A stretch of 64,000 nucleotides of DNA, from positions 5,165-69,164 of the IMG/VR virus record IMGVR_UViG_3300044798_000325, one strand, 5' to 3'. How positions within the stretch are numbered: the first letter of the stretch is position 1; the number at the start of each line of letters is the position of its first letter. This stretch comes from a virus. Positions 9,138 through 18,930 of this stretch are shown here, one piece after another. The notes beneath the pieces were generated by a model, which was given only the letters and a program-made list of their open reading frames with translations, was not told the origin of the DNA and did not search any database. Made by a program: the position numbers and the translations under genes.

Positions 9138-11260
9138 TGCTGCTATTTGCAGACGGATTTGAAACATTCGGTCCTTACGACATCTGGCGGAAATGGGGTG
9201 GGATCATCTGGTCTTCAGAATGGAGTCAGATCCCACCACAAATCGTGCATGGGAGCGATACCACGTATTCCCCGGCTAAACTATACGCTACAAGACCGGA
9301 CGGAAGGGCGATGCAGGGAACAACGTGGTGGCTCTGGACTTATATCAAACCCTCCAGGACGGTTTTTGTCGGACTTGCGGCGAGGTCGGCGAGAGCTGGC
9401 GCAGATGCATATAACTCGACTTATGGAATCAAAATAGATTTTATGAAGGGTTGTCCGTACAACAAGACGGCTAACCCAACACCGCAGGTAGTATGGTACT
9501 ACCCAGGCGTTCCGCATACCCTGATTGCTTCCTGCCAGCTTGTCATTGCCCCATCATATATTGATGTCACGTGGACTTTCGTAGGGACCGGCACAGTAAC
9601 GAAAACGGGCCGGATCAATACGAGCGCGAACTTGACCAACGGGGACTTCAGGTATTTTCAGGTCGGAATGACGCTCATGGGGAATGTTGCCGCGCAGCCG
9701 CAGGCGTGGGCGGAGGTTCGGCTGGGGGGGCGGGGCACGGAGAATTTAGTGTTCAGCAACATCATGACGGCTGCTGAAACAGGTGGAGATGCGTCATTTC
9801 TTATCAGCGGCGTAAGGCTGGGACTCGGCTATCAGGGGTCAAGGCCACAAGTAGGCATTGACGATGTCTACATCTGCAACGACGAGGGCGAGCACAACAA
9901 CATCTTTCTTGGAAACGTGAAGGTCAGGCGTGTGTCGGTTTCCGGTGACGGGTCAGAAAACAACAGCGTCCCCTTCGGAGAAACTTACAGATTCCGTACA
10001 GTCGACGAAGACTACATCGACACCGTCAACAACCTTCCCGTACCGCTTCCCGATCCTGAAGCAGCCCCGTTGTTTATCCCGTGGGAACTATTCGCCGGTA
10101 ACTATCTCACGATAGAAGAATACGGCGACCGGCAGTTGATGCGTTTCAATTCCCTGAGCGATGAGGGTAGTTACTCTAAGATCCACGGCGCCGTCCTTCA
10201 TGCCCTGATGCAACCACTATATCTGGATACCCCTGCAACCATCAAGGCCGTAAGGAAATTAGGAATTGAGGCGTTGATCGAAAGCAACCCTATGGATGCC
10301 CCTCTTGTCCAGAGGGCGCAGTATGAGGCCCGGCAGTTTGTTTGGGAAAACGATGAGACGATAGAGCCGGGCGGACAATATGCCCGGTGGACACCTGCCA
10401 CCATTGACGGATCCGAATGGGGCTTTGAACTGGTCCCGGTAGAAATCGCACCAGAAGCATACGACCCGGCCATTGCTCGCATAAATATCGCCATTTACGA
10501 CACGGTGGCCGAGGAAATTGATTTTTCGGAAATGATGCACAGGTACTTTGAGGAGTTTGTCGATGATCGGTTTGATGCCGCAGGCGACCCCACCTTGGAA
10601 TATGTATGGGCGTTCTATGATGCCCTGGTGCTTGAGTCGTTTACCGAGGGGAACCGTGGCGGAAATCGCTTCTTGAATGAGACCCTCGAATTCTCCGAAT
10701 ATCTGCCATACGCCATCCTGTATGCGGGTGAGTTTATCGATTTTGTTGAAGATGTATTCTTCCAGTATATCGACACGATTGCCGAAACCTTGGATACCGC
10801 AGATTGGGCAGACGGGTACTGGGAGGAGTTGTTTACGGATACCCTTGAGGCAACAGATGATTCTGCCATCGCTTTCCTCGCGACCCTGGAAGAGATGTTT
10901 GGCCTCGAAGAGCCCTACCTGTGGGACAACCATGAACTGATTGAAGATGAAATCGCCATCGACGCAGACGAGCCGTGGGACAACCACGAACTGCTTGAAG
11001 AGTATTTATATCCGGATGATTTTACCCAAAACGGCGTCGGTTTGATCGCCGAAGACGTGATGGGGATCGCCGAAGACCATCACGACGGTTACTGGGTTGA
11101 GTTGAGTATGGGTAGCACCACGATCGTAGACAGTGTTCTCACCCAACATTGGCGGTACGAAACCATGTTCGGGATGGTCATAAATAGCTGGCAGGTAGCG
11201 CCGATTGAACAGACGGGGAGTGACGGAGACCATACCGGCGATAACCCCTGGGGAGCTTAA
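9137..11260 (+). CDS. Putative minor tail/virion protein with acidic repetitive C-terminus
   Basis: MLLFADGFE start and IDDVYICNDEGEHNNIFLG motif; paralogous to 11263..12474; TAATG coupling. Confidence 0.75.
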   Translation: MLLFADGFETFGPYDIWRKWGGIIWSSEWSQIPPQIVHGSDTTYSPAKLYATRPDGRAMQGTTWWLWTYIKPSRTVFVGLAARSARAGADAYNSTYGIKIDFMKGCPYNKTANPTPQVVWYYPGVPHTLIASCQLVIAPSYIDVTWTFVGTGTVTKTGRINTSANLTNGDFRYFQVGMTLMGNVAAQPQAWAEVRLGGRGTENLVFSNIMTAAETGGDASFLISGVRLGLGYQGSRPQVGIDDVYICNDEGEHNNIFLGNVKVRRVSVSGDGSENNSVPFGETYRFRTVDEDYIDTVNNLPVPLPDPEAAPLFIPWELFAGNYLTIEEYGDRQLMRFNSLSDEGSYSKIHGAVLHALMQPLYLDTPATIKAVRKLGIEALIESNPMDAPLVQRAQYEARQFVWENDETIEPGGQYARWTPATIDGSEWGFELVPVEIAPEAYDPAIARINIAIYDTVAEEIDFSEMMHRYFEEFVDDRFDAAGDPTLEYVWAFYDALVLESFTEGNRGGNRFLNETLEFSEYLPYAILYAGEFIDFVEDVFFQYIDTIAETLDTADWADGYWEELFTDTLEATDDSAIAFLATLEEMFGLEEPYLWDNHELIEDEIAIDADEPWDNHELLEEYLYPDDFTQNGVGLIAEDVMGIAEDHHDGYWVELSMGSTTIVDSVLTQHWRYETMFGMVINSWQVAPIEQTGSDGDHTGDNPWGA

Positions 11261-11262
11261 CC

Positions 11263-12474
11263 ATGCTAAAATACTTTGATTCATTTGATCATGTAACAAT
11301 AGAACCCTTGGATGCTCTCGGCTGGTGGGGACGGGACTGGTGGAACGGACGCACCCTGGCAATCAATACCGGGACGGGGCGCTGGGGAACGAACCGGTTG
11401 GAATTTAACCAGGGAGGCGGAGGTGGCGTCGCCCAGTATTTCCAGCTTACGAGGTCTGCTACCAGGCTTGTCGTCGGTCTCGCTTTCTCGGAAAGCACTT
11501 CGTACCAAAACGGTTTCTCAGTAGGATTTAACTATGGGTCTTATGAAAACTTCTTGGTTTCCGTAAATGTATCCGCCAGCGGGCTAACTTTCGGTTTCAG
11601 GACTGGCGCCAGTGGATACCCGGCGATCCCGAGTTCAGCTTACGTGTCGGTCCCGTTCATAAAGACCTCCGGTGCGTACACCTTTATCGAGATCCTGGTT
11701 GATGTCACGGATTACGTGAATGGCCGAGTGAAGTGCGCCGTAAACGGGAGAGTGGTTCATGATGTCACGGGAATCAAGACAGCGGCAGGAGATGGATTCG
11801 GAAACAATCCCTTCGATCCTCGGGCCAAACTAAACAGGGTTTACTTTGGCAACCCCGGTGGCAACAATGTCCAATCGATGTACATGGATTGCCTTTATAT
11901 TTGCGACGACGAAGGCGGCTACCACAATGATTTTCTTGGCGACATCTTTGTCAAAGCGCTCTACCCCACAAACGATGGCGACCAGTCGGCATGGGAACCC
12001 TACCTCAATGGCCTTCCCGCCCCTGAAGGCACGGAGCATGTATCGCTGATTGACGACCAGGTGTTCGACCCGGCGATTGAAGCGGACTACATCCAGTCCT
12101 CTCAGGACCTTTCCCAGGAAACCATGTGGTATGCCGATGCAGATATCCCTGTGGATTCCACACTCATTGCCGTCAATCACCGAATCGCTGCGCGGAGCAT
12201 TGCCTCTCAGGGGACACCGCCGCCAAACACGTTGATACCGCTATACAAATCATCAGGGAACGACATCATTGTAACAAACTCGCTGGCAAAGAAGTTCACC
12301 GGATGGACATACCAGTTTCTTGATGTCTATTACAATTTAGTCCCCGGCCTGGCTGTGGACTGGACCAACCTGCTGCTGGAAGGGTCCCAATTCGGCTTCA
12401 TGCTGAGGGAGCCTATCTGGACTGGTGTGGGTTTGGAAGAGGCCAGTTTTGCCGATGAGGTCGTAGACGAATAA
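11263..12474 (+). CDS. Putative minor tail/virion protein (paralogue of the upstream gene)
   Basis: MLKYFDSFD start, MDCLYICDDEGGYHNDFLGD..V.ALYPTNDG motif, and GSQFGF matching GSEWGF upstream. Confidence 0.75.
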   Translation: MLKYFDSFDHVTIEPLDALGWWGRDWWNGRTLAINTGTGRWGTNRLEFNQGGGGGVAQYFQLTRSATRLVVGLAFSESTSYQNGFSVGFNYGSYENFLVSVNVSASGLTFGFRTGASGYPAIPSSAYVSVPFIKTSGAYTFIEILVDVTDYVNGRVKCAVNGRVVHDVTGIKTAAGDGFGNNPFDPRAKLNRVYFGNPGGNNVQSMYMDCLYICDDEGGYHNDFLGDIFVKALYPTNDGDQSAWEPYLNGLPAPEGTEHVSLIDDQVFDPAIEADYIQSSQDLSQETMWYADADIPVDSTLIAVNHRIAARSIASQGTPPPNTLIPLYKSSGNDIIVTNSLAKKFTGWTYQFLDVYYNLVPGLAVDWTNLLLEGSQFGFMLREPIWTGVGLEEASFADEVVDE

Positions 12475-13712
12475 TGGCAAACGCATACTTAGAAATTGAA
12501 GAGTACCTTTGGTTTACCGAATATCAGCAGGGCAATGTGAATGTCGCTGGTTTGGTGTTCGATGACCTGATTGAGGAGTCTTTCGACCTTGGGCATGAGG
12601 CTTATGTCGTCTGGAACGACCAGATCGAGGAGACTTTCGCTATAGCCGAAGCCTTTACGCCATACCACCTGCCGGTTGTCGGCGACGCCCTGGCTTTCGC
12701 CGATTTGATCGGTGGATCTCAGGCGCGGGTAAAACAATCGGTTCTGAATATCATTTACACAAAGCCCGTCCTGCCCATCAAGATCGCGCACATGCACCTG
12801 GACGTGGTTATGAGTGGATCTGACACGTTCATGGAAGAGGTCTCCAGCGAACTCCAGATTCACTCCTCTTACGCGAACGCAGTCCCGTATTACTGGGATC
12901 AACTCTTTGAATCCTTTAACATCGCGATGGAGGAGCCGCAGCCATATCTGCCGGTTTACCTGAAACTCTTGCTCTCTGCCTCTGATCTCGTAAACATGCG
13001 GCATGACGTTGCCCAGGAATACCTCTTCAACTCCTACTGCCGTGAGGAATTTTTTGTATGGGACGGCATTCTACGTGGATGGGACCACCTGATTGCCGAC
13101 TCCTTGGCCAATACCGACACCATCGAAGAGATCATCGGGAAGATTGCCGACGACTATCTCTTTCTGGAAGACACCCCGGCGCCTCGGATCATAGTCCTGC
13201 ATATCATTGCCGACAAGATGTTCGTCTTTGATTCAGCGGGGCATGAGAGATATTTCCTGCTCACGGCAGCAGACATTTTCGACTTCAACGATGCCGTTTC
13301 GGAGTTCTTGGGGCACCTTATCCATGAGTTCTTGATACTCCAGGAGGCACAGGTGAGCGGGGTCTCCCGGTATTGTTCCTCCGAGGACTCTTTTAATGCA
13401 GGCGATATTTCAGAATCTGAGCGCTATTACATTTGTCTCGCAGACGACACGGTGGAGATGACGGACGGCCAGACAACATTCCTGTCACTCAACAATACGG
13501 CTCTGGAGACATTCAACGCCAGCGCTACGGCGGTCCCGGTGGGGACTTTCGTAGGGCTCGCCAGCGAGTCCCTGATATTCAGGGATATCGACTCGTACAT
13601 CCAAGGGATCATCATCCAGGAAGGTCTCGCACTGGGGGATGTAGAGCTGACGCGATGGGCGTTCAACGTACTGGTCGAAAGTGGCTGCGACATTGCAGAC
13701 ATCATAGCGTAG
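12474..13712 (+). CDS. Acidic virion protein with degenerate short repeats
   Basis: Recurring [DE]-x-[LF]-x-[FL]-x-[DE] units; coupled to the upstream gene. Confidence 0.7.
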   Translation: MANAYLEIEEYLWFTEYQQGNVNVAGLVFDDLIEESFDLGHEAYVVWNDQIEETFAIAEAFTPYHLPVVGDALAFADLIGGSQARVKQSVLNIIYTKPVLPIKIAHMHLDVVMSGSDTFMEEVSSELQIHSSYANAVPYYWDQLFESFNIAMEEPQPYLPVYLKLLLSASDLVNMRHDVAQEYLFNSYCREEFFVWDGILRGWDHLIADSLANTDTIEEIIGKIADDYLFLEDTPAPRIIVLHIIADKMFVFDSAGHERYFLLTAADIFDFNDAVSEFLGHLIHEFLILQEAQVSGVSRYCSSEDSFNAGDISESERYYICLADDTVEMTDGQTTFLSLNNTALETFNASATAVPVGTFVGLASESLIFRDIDSYIQGIIIQEGLALGDVELTRWAFNVLVESGCDIADIIA

Positions 13713-13719
13713 GTGACGT

Positions 13720-14265
13720 ATGGCTTTAGTAATCAACGAAACCCTGGTCTCTTTCTTGACTCCCGCAGACGAGGCGATTCTGAAGAGCCTTCTTTATTCC
13801 ATGCTCCCAGATGTCCTGGCCCTGGATGATCTGAGTGCAGTCAGCGGGGACATGTGGGAGGCGTGGGCGTTCAACGGGCAGACCTTCGAGCCGTCCGTTT
13901 ACAGCGGCTTTGCGTTCAATTCCTATGCCGTTGAGGACGGGGTGACTTATGCGGCACGGGAAGAGGGGATCTATGTCCTGGATGGGACAATGGACGCCGG
14001 GGCGGCGATTCACAGCGGCGTTATTCTTTCCCCGTCCATGTTCGGGACGAATAACCGGAAACGCTTCCGGGCGGGATTCTTCGATGTTGAGGGGGCCGCG
14101 CCGGTAGTCCGGGGCGAGGTCGGTGGAGTAGGGACCAGCATCCCTATCCTGCATTCCAAGGTGATATTTCCCCGGACATTGGTAGGGAATAAATGGACTT
14201 TCCTGGTGGCCGATTTTGACGAGTTGGGGCAGGTGGAACTCTTCCCGGTCGTATTGACGAGGTAA
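13720..14265 (+). CDS. Putative virion structural protein
   Basis: W.FN......S.Y..F.FNS......Y.A...GIY.LDG..D.G..I.......FG....KR pattern recognised from phage structural modules. Confidence 0.7.
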   Translation: MALVINETLVSFLTPADEAILKSLLYSMLPDVLALDDLSAVSGDMWEAWAFNGQTFEPSVYSGFAFNSYAVEDGVTYAAREEGIYVLDGTMDAGAAIHSGVILSPSMFGTNNRKRFRAGFFDVEGAAPVVRGEVGGVGTSIPILHSKVIFPRTLVGNKWTFLVADFDELGQVELFPVVLTR

Positions 14266-14269
14266 GAAT

Positions 14270-15919
14270 ATGGGAACCACGACGGAAAACAGCCTTTGGT
14301 ACAAGGGGAAGGGCGAGGTCTTCCGGGAATTCAAAAAGAACACTGCGGCGATCCTGTCCGCCGTCGCCTCCCGGAATTTCTCGTCACTGCCGGGTTTTGC
14401 AATCGAGGCTTTCACGGATGTCGAGATCGAGAGCAAGATCAAGCTGACGGAGTACAACCAGAAGATCATGAGTGACGCGATCGACCGCGAGCTGAAGGCC
14501 CTTGGTCTGGAAAATGACATCGCCCTGAAACAGGCTACGATGGCGTGGGAACTCGAAAAGATGCAGCTCTTCTCGGCCCTTCAGGCGGAGTTTGCGGACA
14601 AGGAGTTGATCCGGTCGCTCCGGGGAGAAGAAATCGACGGACTGATGATCGATCAGGAGTTCCGGGAAATAGCGGTGCTCGTGTCCAAGGTCGCTATCGA
14701 GGTTCAGATCGAAGACATAAAGAGGCAGAAGGAAGAGGTCGAGCTTCTTCCTCTCCCGCTGGAAGAGCAGTTGGCGACGGCAAAACTGACGGCGGCTCGT
14801 CGGAAACTTGATGTGATCCCCTACATCCTGGCAGCCCTGGCAGCGCAAAGTGCCGCACTCGACACAGAAGAAGTGATCATCATGCCCGCACGGGAAGAGA
14901 AGGCGAATTATGACAAGCAGGTCTCGGATCTGACCACTGCCGAGATCCTTCCCCTGATGGAGGCCAAGGCCACGGCCACGGCGGCCCTCACCATGGAACA
15001 GACCGAACTGCTGGACCCCACGATCGAGAAGGCAGAGAAGACCCTTGCCCTGACAGAGAAGCGGGCCGAGTTGCTGCCACCGATGGCTGACAAGGCCGCA
15101 GCGATGACCGCATTGACAACCAAACAGCGCGAACTTCTCGATCCAATGAGCCAGAAGGTCGCCGCGACGGAAACCCTGACTGCAAAGGAGTACGAACTGC
15201 TCGACCCGATGACCAGAAAGGCCAACAAGACTTCTGAACTTACGGCGAAACAGACTGAATTGCTGGAGCCCATGACCCGCAGAGCAGACAAGACCATGTT
15301 GCTGACAAACAAGCAGACCGAACTCCTGGACCCCATGACCCGCAAGTCCGCCGCGATCGAAGCCCTGACAGGGGAACTAAGCACCCTCTTCAACCCTCTG
15401 CTTCTCAAGGCGCAGGCCAATATCGAACTTGCCGCGGAGATGACGGCACAACTCGAAAATCACCGACTTCTTGCTGTCGAGAAGGTGAAACTGGCCGAAG
15501 AGAAGGTGATCAGGCTTAACGAAGAACTCGCGCTCATGGGCAAGGAATTAACCCTGGAAGGGCAGAAGATCATCATTGAGAGAGATCGAGCAGCTCTGGA
15601 GCTTAGAAGAGCAGAGGCGAGGCTGGCTGTTGTCGATGCTCTCCGTCCCCAGCTCGGAGAGATCCAGACGGCGATGACTGCCGAGTCGGCAGCGGAGATT
15701 GTCTATATCACCACCCAAGGGTCAAATGAAGTGGCTCTCAAAAAGTCACAACTTGAGGTTGTTGAGGCAGCCAGGTATGCCGCTCAGGCGAGCGAATTGG
15801 CCAGCCAGACATCCGCAGTAAGAAGGATGGCTGCTGCCGACAGGGAACATAGCATTGCGATGGCGAATGCGATGGCAAGCGCGGAAATAACCGAGAAGCT
15901 GATCCACTTGCTTGCGTAA
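14270..15919 (+). CDS. Coiled-coil virion/ejection protein with 21-aa tandem repeats
   Basis: Helical A/E/K/L-rich 549-aa ORF with ELLDPM..KA..T..LT.KQT repeats. Confidence 0.8.
   Translation: MGTTTENSLWYKGKGEVFREFKKNTAAILSAVASRNFSSLPGFAIEAFTDVEIESKIKLTEYNQKIMSDAIDRELKALGLENDIALKQATMAWELEKMQLFSALQAEFADKELIRSLRGEEIDGLMIDQEFREIAVLVSKVAIEVQIEDIKRQKEEVELLPLPLEEQLATAKLTAARRKLDVIPYILAALAAQSAALDTEEVIIMPAREEKANYDKQVSDLTTAEILPLMEAKATATAALTMEQTELLDPTIEKAEKTLALTEKRAELLPPMADKAAAMTALTTKQRELLDPMSQKVAATETLTAKEYELLDPMTRKANKTSELTAKQTELLEPMTRRADKTMLLTNKQTELLDPMTRKSAAIEALTGELSTLFNPLLLKAQANIELAAEMTAQLENHRLLAVEKVKLAEEKVIRLNEELALMGKELTLEGQKIIIERDRAALELRRAEARLAVVDALRPQLGEIQTAMTAESAAEIVYITTQGSNEVALKKSQLEVVEAARYAAQASELASQTSAVRRMAAADREHSIAMANAMASAEITEKLIHLLA
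14942..15445 (+). repeat. Eight degenerate 63-bp (21-aa) coding tandem repeats
   Basis: Units start at 14942, 15005, 15068, 15131, 15194, 15257, 15320 and 15383 (last one most diverged). Confidence 0.85.
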
Positions 15920-15931
15920 AGGAGAATCGAG

Positions 15932-17536
15932 ATGACGGTACAGGCTGTGCTGGATAGAGAGTTGATTCGGGGTCGGTCGATATGGCCTGCCTTTCAATAT
16001 CAAGTCCCTGGGTTGCTGGCCGTGCATATTTCAGACCGGGCAGTCGTCTTTGGGGTCTATTCCGGGGCATACCTTCACGGGTACAACTACCTAAAAGAGA
16101 TTACTTACGAGACCCTCGCGCAGATGGTTGTTGCCTACGATCAGGCCATGGCGGAATTGACTGCCGACGAACAGCGCTCGGTTATCGATATCACAGCGAA
16201 ACGATACATCGAAGATCAGAATCTTGCCGCGAAGGACGCGGCTTTGGCCAACCAAGAACGGAAGGTTACGCAGAAAGCATCTGAAGTCGATGCGAAGATT
16301 GAGGCCCTGGAGTCTGATCGGCAGGCACTCGCAACCAAGATCACGGAACTTGAAGTGGCCCAGAGCAAGGCCAACACCCTTATCAAGGAGCTGGAGGCAA
16401 AGATAGAGGAGCAGACGCTGGACAGTGCCCATGTCGAAGCCGAGATCACCCGGCAGCAGTTGATCACGCAGAAGGCTGAACTCGATGTCATTGAGACCGG
16501 CATCCGGGCGCTGGAGATCCAGGCGCAGATTGCAGATGCTGCCTACAGACTGGCCGCTGTTGGCGTCCGGAAAACAGAACTGGAAGCTGATATTGGCCGG
16601 ATTACCCTGGACACCGCGGAGGTAGAGGCCCGGAAGGCTACACTCCAGTCAGACATTGGACGCATTGAATTCGATACCGCAGAAGTGGACGTTCAGTTGG
16701 CGGGGTTGGATTCAGACATTGACCGCCTTGAGCTGGAAACGGCGGAAGTTGAAATCAAAAAGGCGGGTTTGAATTCGGATATCAGCCGGCTCGGTTTGGA
16801 CACTGCGGAAGTCGATGTCAAAAAGATCCTGCTTGAATCTGACATCGTTCGTACCGACTTCGATATCAGCGAGGTTGAAGTCAAGAAGACCATGCTGGAA
16901 TCCGATATTGGCCGCCTCGATTTCGACTACCAGGAGGTTGATGTCCGCAAGACGGGCCTGGAGGCAGACATCGGTAGGATTGCCCTGGATACTGCGGAGG
17001 TTCCAATAAGGGTGGCGCAGACAGAAGCGGACACCGCCAGGCTGAAGGCCCAAAAAGAAGCCGAGTCCCTTGTCGAGTCGGAGCTTGCGGTCGCCCAGGC
17101 CGAGACCACCGCCTATGCCCAGGAAACAGAACTCCTGAAAGAGAAAGGCCCCCTTATCGATCAGCGGATTGAAGCCGCCGAAGTCGAGATTACCGATACA
17201 ATCCCGAAACTCGCACAGGCCATCGAGGGTGAGAAGAACGCCGATCTCGCAAGCCAGGAGATGAGAAATCAGCACGCTGTTGCCGAGTACGAAAACCGTC
17301 ACCTGAGTTACGACGAAAAGGCTAAAACGTCGGACGCCATCACGGCCCTGGAAACGGCCAACCATATCATTGAAGCGAATATGATCGAGAAGAATGCAAC
17401 CAACAGGGCGGCCTACGACGAGGCCCGTGTGTGGGCAAATGCGGAGAAGATTGCTGGAGCGGAAAAGGCGGCAGAGATCATGAGAAAGGCGAATATCGTG
17501 AATACCCTGACGCACCAGATTGGGGAAGCCAAGTAA
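15932..17536 (+). CDS. Coiled-coil virion/ejection protein with 21-aa tandem repeats
   Basis: 534-aa helical ORF with AAGGAG RBS; [RK]K..LESDIGR...DTAEVDV repeats. Confidence 0.8.
   Translation: MTVQAVLDRELIRGRSIWPAFQYQVPGLLAVHISDRAVVFGVYSGAYLHGYNYLKEITYETLAQMVVAYDQAMAELTADEQRSVIDITAKRYIEDQNLAAKDAALANQERKVTQKASEVDAKIEALESDRQALATKITELEVAQSKANTLIKELEAKIEEQTLDSAHVEAEITRQQLITQKAELDVIETGIRALEIQAQIADAAYRLAAVGVRKTELEADIGRITLDTAEVEARKATLQSDIGRIEFDTAEVDVQLAGLDSDIDRLELETAEVEIKKAGLNSDISRLGLDTAEVDVKKILLESDIVRTDFDISEVEVKKTMLESDIGRLDFDYQEVDVRKTGLEADIGRIALDTAEVPIRVAQTEADTARLKAQKEAESLVESELAVAQAETTAYAQETELLKEKGPLIDQRIEAAEVEITDTIPKLAQAIEGEKNADLASQEMRNQHAVAEYENRHLSYDEKAKTSDAITALETANHIIEANMIEKNATNRAAYDEARVWANAEKIAGAEKAAEIMRKANIVNTLTHQIGEAK
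16568..17008 (+). repeat. Seven degenerate 63-bp (21-aa) coding tandem repeats
   Basis: Units start at 16568, 16631, 16694, 16757, 16820, 16883 and 16946. Confidence 0.85.
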
Positions 17537-18918
17537 TGGATTTAACTGAAGCCCAGGACCGAATACAGGAATTCGCAAAACGATCTATCCGTGAGCGAAC
17601 AGTTTCGGCAAACCAGGTCGGCTCCGCGGTGGGATCTCCCGGCCAAGGGATGCAGAAGCGCCTCCAGGATATGTTCGCTGCGGTCTTGCCCGACTATGAT
17701 CTCAGCCGGCTGTTGGTCATGGATGTCGGGGACCGTATCCGAACCGGCCCGGATACCGGGTATGACATAAAACTCTCCCTCCCGGTTGCGTCCGACATCT
17801 GGTATCTGACCGTCGGGGCGTCGATTCTCCCGTTCAGGGGGGAGAGCTTCCAGGAGAACGCGGAGAAGATCCTTGCCTTCCTTGAAAAGTATCTGGCCCG
17901 GCTCGACAACATCAAGCCCTTGAAGAGTCTTCAAAGCTATAAAGATTTCCACACTTATTGGAACTGGCAGGAGGGGAGAACGACCTTCGATGGAGACCAT
18001 GCTCCCCCTGTCATCCGGGAGATGCGTTTTGAGACGTGGATGCTCAACCGCAGCACGGAGTTCCCGTCGAAGGGTCCGAAAGCATCGATCGAGGAAGGCG
18101 TCAAAAGTAAATCGGAGGCAAGTCTGGGACAGCTTTATAGCGGGCTTTTGTCGTTTCCCGTGGGGCCGCTGGGTGTCATGGAGGTCCTGTCCGTCTTCTC
18201 TGAAAGCATGGACGACATGCTGACGAACGAGGTCCCTTTCACCCCGGACGGAACAGTAAGGATTGAGAACCCGGAAGGGTGGAAATGCGTTACGGACCAA
18301 CCTCTCGACGGGCTCATGTCCCCCATGACGGACGTAAAAGGAGATTGTCCGGGGGTGCATCTTGTCAATAAGGGCTATCTAATAGAGAGCCGTGACGCCG
18401 AATACCCCGCGGAGCCGTTTGCGGGGTACGACAAGATCCTCCCGTTCAATTCGTTTCGATACTACTTGCGCCGGGACGCAAAGTGGCCGCTGCCAGGCGA
18501 GTTCATCGGATTGCTGGTAAAGCCGTGGCCAGCTCATGTGTGGTGGTTCCAGAAAACATCCCCCCTCCTCTACTCGGGCAACTGGTTCGAGACCAACCAC
18601 TATACATCCGGCGTCGTCACGGAGATCCTACAACCCCCCGAAGGTTCGTTCGGACTGGCATATAGGTGCGTCGTAAGGGGGGTGGAGGTCTGCGTCTCAG
18701 CCTCTGATTTTTACGAGTACCGTGTGGGGGACCGCGTGTCGATCTTGCGGATCAACGACCTTGACCGATTCCTGGATCAGACGAAGGGGAGCTTCAAGTG
18801 GAAAGAGATGGAAGACCTTATCGCCCGCGAGAAGATGGAGAAGGAGACCCCTTCCAATTTGCCGTACATAGTCAATCCGAACATGATGATTTTACCGATG
18901 TCGTTCTACAAACCGTAA
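17536..18918 (+). CDS. Hypothetical phage protein
   Basis: ATG overlaps the upstream TAA (TAATG); long ORF; C-terminal SGVVTEI...YRVGDRVSI looks OB-like. Confidence 0.7.
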   Translation: MDLTEAQDRIQEFAKRSIRERTVSANQVGSAVGSPGQGMQKRLQDMFAAVLPDYDLSRLLVMDVGDRIRTGPDTGYDIKLSLPVASDIWYLTVGASILPFRGESFQENAEKILAFLEKYLARLDNIKPLKSLQSYKDFHTYWNWQEGRTTFDGDHAPPVIREMRFETWMLNRSTEFPSKGPKASIEEGVKSKSEASLGQLYSGLLSFPVGPLGVMEVLSVFSESMDDMLTNEVPFTPDGTVRIENPEGWKCVTDQPLDGLMSPMTDVKGDCPGVHLVNKGYLIESRDAEYPAEPFAGYDKILPFNSFRYYLRRDAKWPLPGEFIGLLVKPWPAHVWWFQKTSPLLYSGNWFETNHYTSGVVTEILQPPEGSFGLAYRCVVRGVEVCVSASDFYEYRVGDRVSILRINDLDRFLDQTKGSFKWKEMEDLIAREKMEKETPSNLPYIVNPNMMILPMSFYKP

Positions 18919-18930
18919 CCGATAGGAGGC

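Noticed and set aside
3631-12474. Diversity-generating retroelement suggested by the Mtd-type N-terminus
   Set aside because: No reverse transcriptase and no TR/VR pair differing at adenines seen in the window; the domain is a generic fibre anchor.
14942-17008. CRISPR-like periodic repeats
   Set aside because: The repeats are degenerate, in frame and contiguous with no unique spacers, and no cas genes are present.
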